A program made the translations under genes and the position numbers. A stretch of 64,000 bases of DNA, taken from NCBI GenBank assembly GCA_032718475.1, contig JAUCBJ010007108.1, positions 21,406 to 85,405 of the forward strand. The letters run 5' to 3'. Source of the DNA: Nemertoderma westbladi. Lineage: Eukaryota; Animalia; Xenacoelomorpha. The notes beneath the pieces were generated by a model. It ran no database searches, was not told the origin of the DNA, and saw only the letters and a program-made list of their open reading frames with translations. Positions 59,001-64,000 of the stretch are shown piece after piece. How positions within the stretch are numbered: the first letter of the stretch is position 1; each line of letters opens with the position of its first letter.

Positions 59001-60166
59001 CCTCTAAGTTTAAACCCAAAAGCGATGTTGAATTTTACCTTATTTTTCATGGATTCCTGCCGCAAGGATTGTACAATAAGCTCGTAAAACGAACCATCGA
59101 ATGGTCGTACAGGGTAGGTGATAATAATTTAGAGCCGCAACTGTTTCACCATGTTGCCTCGATATATTTAGACAAATATCACCAGCTAATCCTTCAATCA
59201 TTTCCAAGATATTCGAGAATTAAAGTTCAAATCATTCGCAAGGTTGCTGAATCACGCAGTAACATTGCTCACAGTGAGACGGCACATACTCCCAAATCCA
59301 CAGTTGTAACGAAGGTTAAGGACATCATGGGGGACAATGTAAGCTCTTTACTGACGGCGTGTAAGATAAGCAACGTATCTTTCGAACTAAAACTACAGTG
59401 TCCTTGCAAATCCCGTTGCAGGCTGCACCCACGTTCTAACAGTTGCCAGGAAGAGGTTTGTCTTCATTTTCTCAACTTGAATGATTGTCTGTTTAACCCA
59501 GATGTATCTTGCGAATATCAAGCACTTATTGACACAGCCCCATTTAAAGCGTGGTTCCGTTGTATAGATGATGCTGATAACCAAGTTGTAGGTAAAGATT
59601 TCAGAGATTTACTTAAATCAAAGCAGCACGAAGTAGCGAATTCAATAGAATTGCCGAAGCTGCTTGTATTCCTAGAAAGTAAAGACATCTTGACTAACCA
59701 AAATGTTGGTTTAATTACTTCTCGCGCGACACCCTTCGAGAAAGGGTCTGAGTTGATAAAATTGATGAAAGATGGATCACAGCATGACTTTGACACTTTC
59801 TGCTGTGGATTGAGAGCAACACAGCAGAACAGCTTAGCTCACTTGCTGAGTGATGGTAGTAATGCTGATGTTGAGAACAATGCTTCGTTCAGGAAACAAT
59901 TAAAACGATGTAAATATTATTTGTGTGAGAATATGGAGAACTACTGTGTAGTGCTAACATACTTGGTGAGTAAATTTGTTCTGTCAGATTTCAATGTTGA
60001 ATCTATTCGGCGAAAAGAAACAACCTTTGAGGTGGTTGGGGAACTTATTAATTCAATCATTAGACGGTCCCACGACGATTTTCTTATATTTCTCGATGCT
60101 TTGAGGAAAACAAACCAAGTTCACTTAGTCAAACTTATAGAAGAGTCTGTTGTAGAAAATGTTTGA
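56054..60166 (+). CDS. ROCO-family protein, 1370 aa: WD40 repeats - APAF-1-like winged helix - Roc GTPase - COR - CARD - CARD
   Basis: WD motifs (SVSPNGQLITAC..VFVWN; HKSTVTDVAFSPDGHFLGTCCGDKTVHMW). Roc G1 GQEYSGKTS, G2 TNGI, G3 WDFGGQQVYYTTHQLFL, G4 VGTHK. COR LYHDIGLIFYF..VVLQPQFLINVF..YYVPCRL. Two CARD-like repeats ending FCCGLRATQQNSLAHLL and FLDALRKTNQVHLVKLI. AATAAA at 60483. Confidence 0.92.
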   Translation: MSAICDCQSFPSGKQFVLCNCYEVKIAYIDDSKRNLISVGVSSTESIESCSVSPNGQLITACTLQGSVFVWNVSGEMLQSIPHSKMQTGSSLMEERRRIIFHPTNSRLIATCSFDKTLTVMLLGDSGYNSLISCIHADHKSTVTDVAFSPDGHFLGTCCGDKTVHMWLFMETNSKSPGLLSNNSFEETNKTLGLRLVHMWTYGRREMRTTWSLAWSRDSSLIVAGGESGCFCIRASNGSPVWDRCDIRTRRIAFSPVNNEIAVVCWQSLTINILERNTGKLIREITAKPGNGLIQCIGYTPPGDKLFVGFTEGAWKLVELVGHQFANLPPKGGTNLEVHLSNLIDSSFQLLSEELQQLFYNLILQTEYKNIFDIEYLCHLWNRDEVYIRNVVNEFANRSLIYCNQYNNELYLHPLLSPYIIQGAHVEILSRGPAALAAYKSAAAKGITVVKRRRIMIVGQEYSGKTSLMKALTGQDFDANEGITNGINTNTHIKIDSAKCTQWLLLKDGSAFVDDFDTILAKQTAATLLLRNKTPASDTALLSKPESTFRVTDTYGLYSVQSIDSNIQSHLPPGESLYGEVDVMEEPIYENINAGAPDVYFEMKECDSGCFSSMPDGIKRKFESMLKAAGSYSAFLDSIDTECRERKATIWDFGGQQVYYTTHQLFLTNRAVFIIAFDMSKQLDELTKIRFRPHSNDCRELEYVEEDMKNIEFIDLWLSSIFSTLPMKDGHPIGLRCPDVFIVGTHKGYLDSTKATFDNMKSYISAFIKDKPYNKYLNIKYFAVENNRMMRLPGDNEIERLRACIVQAMEHEQYSDIIPVKYSKFEHLLNDLIRNNRLYLTVSELRDSLHLIGVEFSSDGLTRMLNLYHDIGLIFYFHEDNLTEIVVLQPQFLINVFRRVITVSDVKLDEHIQLWNDLDHRGILNDKLIDYMWSDILEHKLCFLKIMKHFDLLCESTPRTGSPQDELFYYVPCRLKRFRDQTTSKFKPKSDVEFYLIFHGFLPQGLYNKLVKRTIEWSYRVGDNNLEPQLFHHVASIYLDKYHQLILQSFPRYSRIKVQIIRKVAESRSNIAHSETAHTPKSTVVTKVKDIMGDNVSSLLTACKISNVSFELKLQCPCKSRCRLHPRSNSCQEEVCLHFLNLNDCLFNPDVSCEYQALIDTAPFKAWFRCIDDADNQVVGKDFRDLLKSKQHEVANSIELPKLLVFLESKDILTNQNVGLITSRATPFEKGSELIKLMKDGSQHDFDTFCCGLRATQQNSLAHLLSDGSNADVENNASFRKQLKRCKYYLCENMENYCVVLTYLVSKFVLSDFNVESIRRKETTFEVVGELINSIIRRSHDDFLIFLDALRKTNQVHLVKLIEESVVENV

Positions 60167-61473
60167 TTCTAGTTAAAATATAATAGGAATGCTAGCACTG
60201 CCGTGTGTATATATTGCATTTTGGTGGCCGAAAAATCTATTTTAACTTATACACATCTGGCTGCTTTATTATGAACCAGAACATTGTGATTTTGAACTGT
60301 TTTTATTCTTAAATTGCAACTTTTATTCCCCCACTTCTGTGGACGAGCGTGAAGTAATACTCTTTTCACGCTCACTACTTTATTATCTTTCATTACAATC
60401 AGGTCTCGAAATTTATTATATGTAATAGTTAATATTTTTTTTAATTTCTTATGAATTACATTGAATGAAGAGTGTACCGTACAATAAATAAATATATATA
60501 AACAACTATTTATGAAGAAATCTCAATTTAAGAATAAAAGGACGTACCGGTACCCCACCCAATTGAGAAAAAGGCATGTTTTTTCCACTTCCGCCACTCG
60601 TTACGTTATTCACACTCATGAGGGGCGTTTAAATAAAGTAGTTGTTCCCCGATGGATTGTGTAATTATATTTATTATTGATTTGTATTGTACAATTTTTA
60701 ATGATTAACTTTGCCATTACTTAAATTGTGCTTTATTTCCCACGACTACTCTAAGGAATAGCGTAGACCCTAGGTGGTTTTATATTTCACATTTTATGCG
60801 CTATATAAATAACTTGTAATACTGTAGCAATGGTCTTTACTTTATTTCCGAGAATTAGCCTAAAGTCGAAGTAAACAAGTACTTCAAGGGTTCATAAGTG
60901 ATATAAAGTATTTGTTTTCATGTAATGTTGTTTTATTCTCAAAAATTAACTTTAATGTCGGGTTCCCTGTTAGTTGACAATAGTATTTATTTCTAAAGCA
61001 ATTAATTATATTTCAAACGTCGGTAGTTCATTACCAGGAGTGCGGAGAGCTATTAACCAATAAACCGCTGTATCAGGTAACCCGCGTTCAGGGTATCTGC
61101 GTGCTGGTTGCGCTACGTGTGCGACAAACCCCCGTGGTTCAGCTCGAACAGTCACTAGATATAACTTTATATCCCGGGATTATACAATGAGCTATCTTAC
61201 CGGTATTTCCGGTAACTTTACTTATTAATCGACAAAAAATATAATTTTTAGGAATAAAATGTTTCAATGATATTTTTTTATTATTAACTTATTGTGATGT
61301 TTGTCCAAACAGCGATATATTCTAGAATTGTTTTCTTATTTTTTCTTATTGCACTTTACTTTATTACGTTGTCAATTATTATTTTATTTACCATAAGTTG
61401 TTTTATAAAACCATATGACGTATAGTTGTAGCCTACTGTCATGTATAGCTTGATGGTAATGTTGACTTTATAA

Positions 61474-62013
61474 TAGGGATGTTGCGAATGTCATATTTTT
61501 GGCATCCGCGGATGCGGCAGCGGATGTCCATTAAAACAAACATATTTTTGCCTAGCCTTCCTTCTACATAAAGATTACACCGGCATTTAATATTCTATTA
61601 ATATTAATTCCCAATAATCTAACAAACAAATAAACAAATATTTTTTGTTATAATTATATCACAAATAATTATTGCTACCAGTGCTTATCCTTATTACACC
61701 AGGACCCACTGCGTTTACTTCTGCCAAGTTGTTAACTTGTAAGAAATAAGTTTGATTATTTTATATTTTGATAATTTTAAAGGTAAATAGCAAAAAAATT
61801 TAAGATAAAAAAGTAATTATTATTGAAATTTTTTTAATTGAGTGGTTATTGTTGGATATGCGCAGACACGATGCCCGATGCCTACATAGTGCATGTAACA
61901 TCCGCATGTCACATCCGCATGTCAAGGGTGTGGATGCGGATGCGAATGCGGATGCCAAAAATCTTGCGGATATTCGCGGATATTCGCGGATGCGGACATT
62001 AGCCACATCCCTA
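61474..62013. mobile_element. Non-autonomous hAT element (540 bp)
   Basis: TAGGGATG...CATCCCTA termini, 8-bp TSD CTTTATAA, subterminal GCGGAT repeats. Confidence 0.88.
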
Positions 62014-62425
62014 CTTTATAAAATAATGTTTTTTAATTATTTTATTGAAGGACCATTTTCTCTCACTTCCATAACTTAATGTGCCTCAGTTTTAGTAAAC
62101 ACACATCATGATACCTAATATAATTATAGATCAGAAATTTACCGTTTCCTTTATCAAAATTAGTTAATAACTATAATTACATCAGTGTGAGAAAAGTAAC
62201 ACTTCAGCGCTATAACCCGAAATATAAAGTCACAAACACCGACTACAGTATTGCCTTTTTCACACAATAATGTAATTATTCGGAAACAGTTTTTGATGAG
62301 GGAAATCTTAATAGAATAATGAACGATATCGCCAAAGAAATAATTTTCCACTTCATTTCAAATCAAATTAATATTAAATTAAACAATAACAAATACATAA
62401 TACATAATAAGACACACAGACAAAA

Positions 62426-62465
62426 ACCAACGTTTCAACTCAAAATAGAGCCATCTTCAGGGTAA
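62426..62465 (-). ncRNA. Minimal type-I hammerhead-like motif, probably a Penelope-like remnant
   Basis: Minus strand: ACC-CTGAAGA-T-GGCTC-tatttt-GAGTT-GAAAC-GTT-GGT. Confidence 0.4.
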
Positions 62466-62510
62466 GTAAAAACAACTGCCTATTCTAATACTGGATTAAC
62501 GGTACAACAA

Positions 62511-64000
62511 ATACTACTACTAGGATCGGCATGCTGCATTGCAGCTGCATTTTTAAGAATGCTGTGCCGGCTTGTCAACAAAATTGCACCACCACAACTC
62601 CCTATCACCCATGACATTTGCTAGATCATCCGCATCTTTAAGGCCAGTGTCCTTTAAGATGCGTCTCAAGAAAGTCATGGGCTGTCCACCATGCTTATTC
62701 ACTCCATGAGGCTGCCAAAGTACAAGATTATGCACTGGCTGGTCCTCACGGCGAAAGCAATGTCCTGCAAAGCGGAGGCGATTTTGTTCTAGTGTCAAGC
62801 TTGGGGGAACCAATGAGACACCTCCAATGTTATATAGTGTCTGGTTGGAGATGTGTGCATTGTACTTGACACAATGAACCCGGCGTAGCATTCTTGTGAA
62901 TGTGCCATCCAGATATTTGGTGTCCTCAGCAGTTAGAGCCCAGCATGGACTCCCGTAGAGGAGTACTGGAACTACTGCTGCTCTAAATAATCGGACCTTA
63001 AGTTTCCGATTAATTCTCGGTGACTTCCAAATCCTGGAAAGCCTATTCAAGGCTGCCCATGCCTTTCCCTTACGTATTCGAAGGTCCTCACCTGACTTCC
63101 GGATCCATGATCCCAGGTAACAGAAGTCGTCCACATGCTCAAGCATACCATCCTTTGAGCTTATGCTCATCCGATCAGAGACTTGCTGAGGACTTTCAAA
63201 GTTAACTGTCAGAATTTTGGTCTTTATGGAGTTAATAAAAAGACCAACACTAGAAGCAGCATGTTCTAATGAGCTGAGGAGCCGTTGGGCTCCCTCTAAT
63301 GATTCTGAGAGTACTCCTAAGTCATCAGCAAAGTCTAGATCAGTTAGGTACTTGGCAGGATTTCCTCGACTTCTGGAGCCAGTAGGTGGAGATATCATCA
63401 CCCCATCATCATTATAATGATCTAAGGACATGCGTAGAACATAGTCAACAACAATTATGAACAAGAATGGTGCAAGTGTGCCTCCCTGGAGGACGCCCCA
63501 TAACACTTCAAATGGTTCTGTGTCACCGTCAACAGTAGACACAAATGTTGTCGAACCATCGTATACTGATCTGATTGCTGCAATAATTTCATCAGGAATC
63601 CCATATAATGAAAGTATGCTGAACATACGTGAGCGAGAGACTGAATCAAAGGCCTTGAAGAAGTCAACAAAGATAACAGCCAGATGCCTGTCTTTCTTTT
63701 TTGATAACTCTTCAATTATCCTTCTAAGTGCCAAAATGGGCTCCATGGTCCCACGACCTTTACGGAACCCATTCTGATTTCCACGGAGCAGTCTCTCAAT
63801 GGGATCCCTGATGCGATTTAATAGAATCCTATTGTATAGCTTTGCAGCAATCAAGATCAATGAGATTCCCCGAAAAGAACCATAGAGGTGTTAGGTTGCC
63901 CTTCTTGGGAACTGGCACCAACTTATTTGTTTTCATTTTTTGTGGGACTCTTGTTGTTCGGTACATGTCTACTATGATGGGATAGATGAGCTTTAAACAC
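62511..64000 (-). mobile_element. RTE-clade LINE, copy 2 (435-aa open RT C-terminal ORF 62553-63860; runs off the window)
   Basis: FVDFFKAFDSV, GVLQGGTLAPFLF, LDFADDL, RLRFAGHCFR; same 3' end and (TAG)n tail as copy 1. Confidence 0.92.

Overview
AT-rich, repeat-dense eukaryotic DNA, most likely from an invertebrate animal; no prokaryotic features or CRISPR arrays. (1) Positions 2743-21383 are one very large (18.6 kb), young BEL/Pao LTR retrotransposon on the minus strand, with ~1.17-1.18 kb LTRs about 99% identical and a 5-bp TSD. It is inserted in a 31/22-bp satellite that belongs to a Helentron-type non-autonomous element. Besides gag-pol it carries an extra ~1400-codon reading frame with a WRN/EXD2-like DEDDy 3'-5' exonuclease motif set and CCHC knuckles. 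It has no tRNA-type PBS; instead an 11-nt sequence complementary to its own LTR abuts the 5' LTR (Tf1-like self-priming geometry). (2) A six-exon, ~231-aa SCAMP gene (25885-46978, +) whose 16-kb intron holds Merlin, Academ, CR1/L2 and piggyBac elements plus minisatellites. (3) An uninterrupted 1370-aa ROCO gene (56054-60166, +) with the unusual order WD40 - APAF-1-like winged helix - Roc - COR - CARD - CARD, flanked by two near-identical RTE LINE copies. Domain calls are by eye from motifs; no database searches were run.
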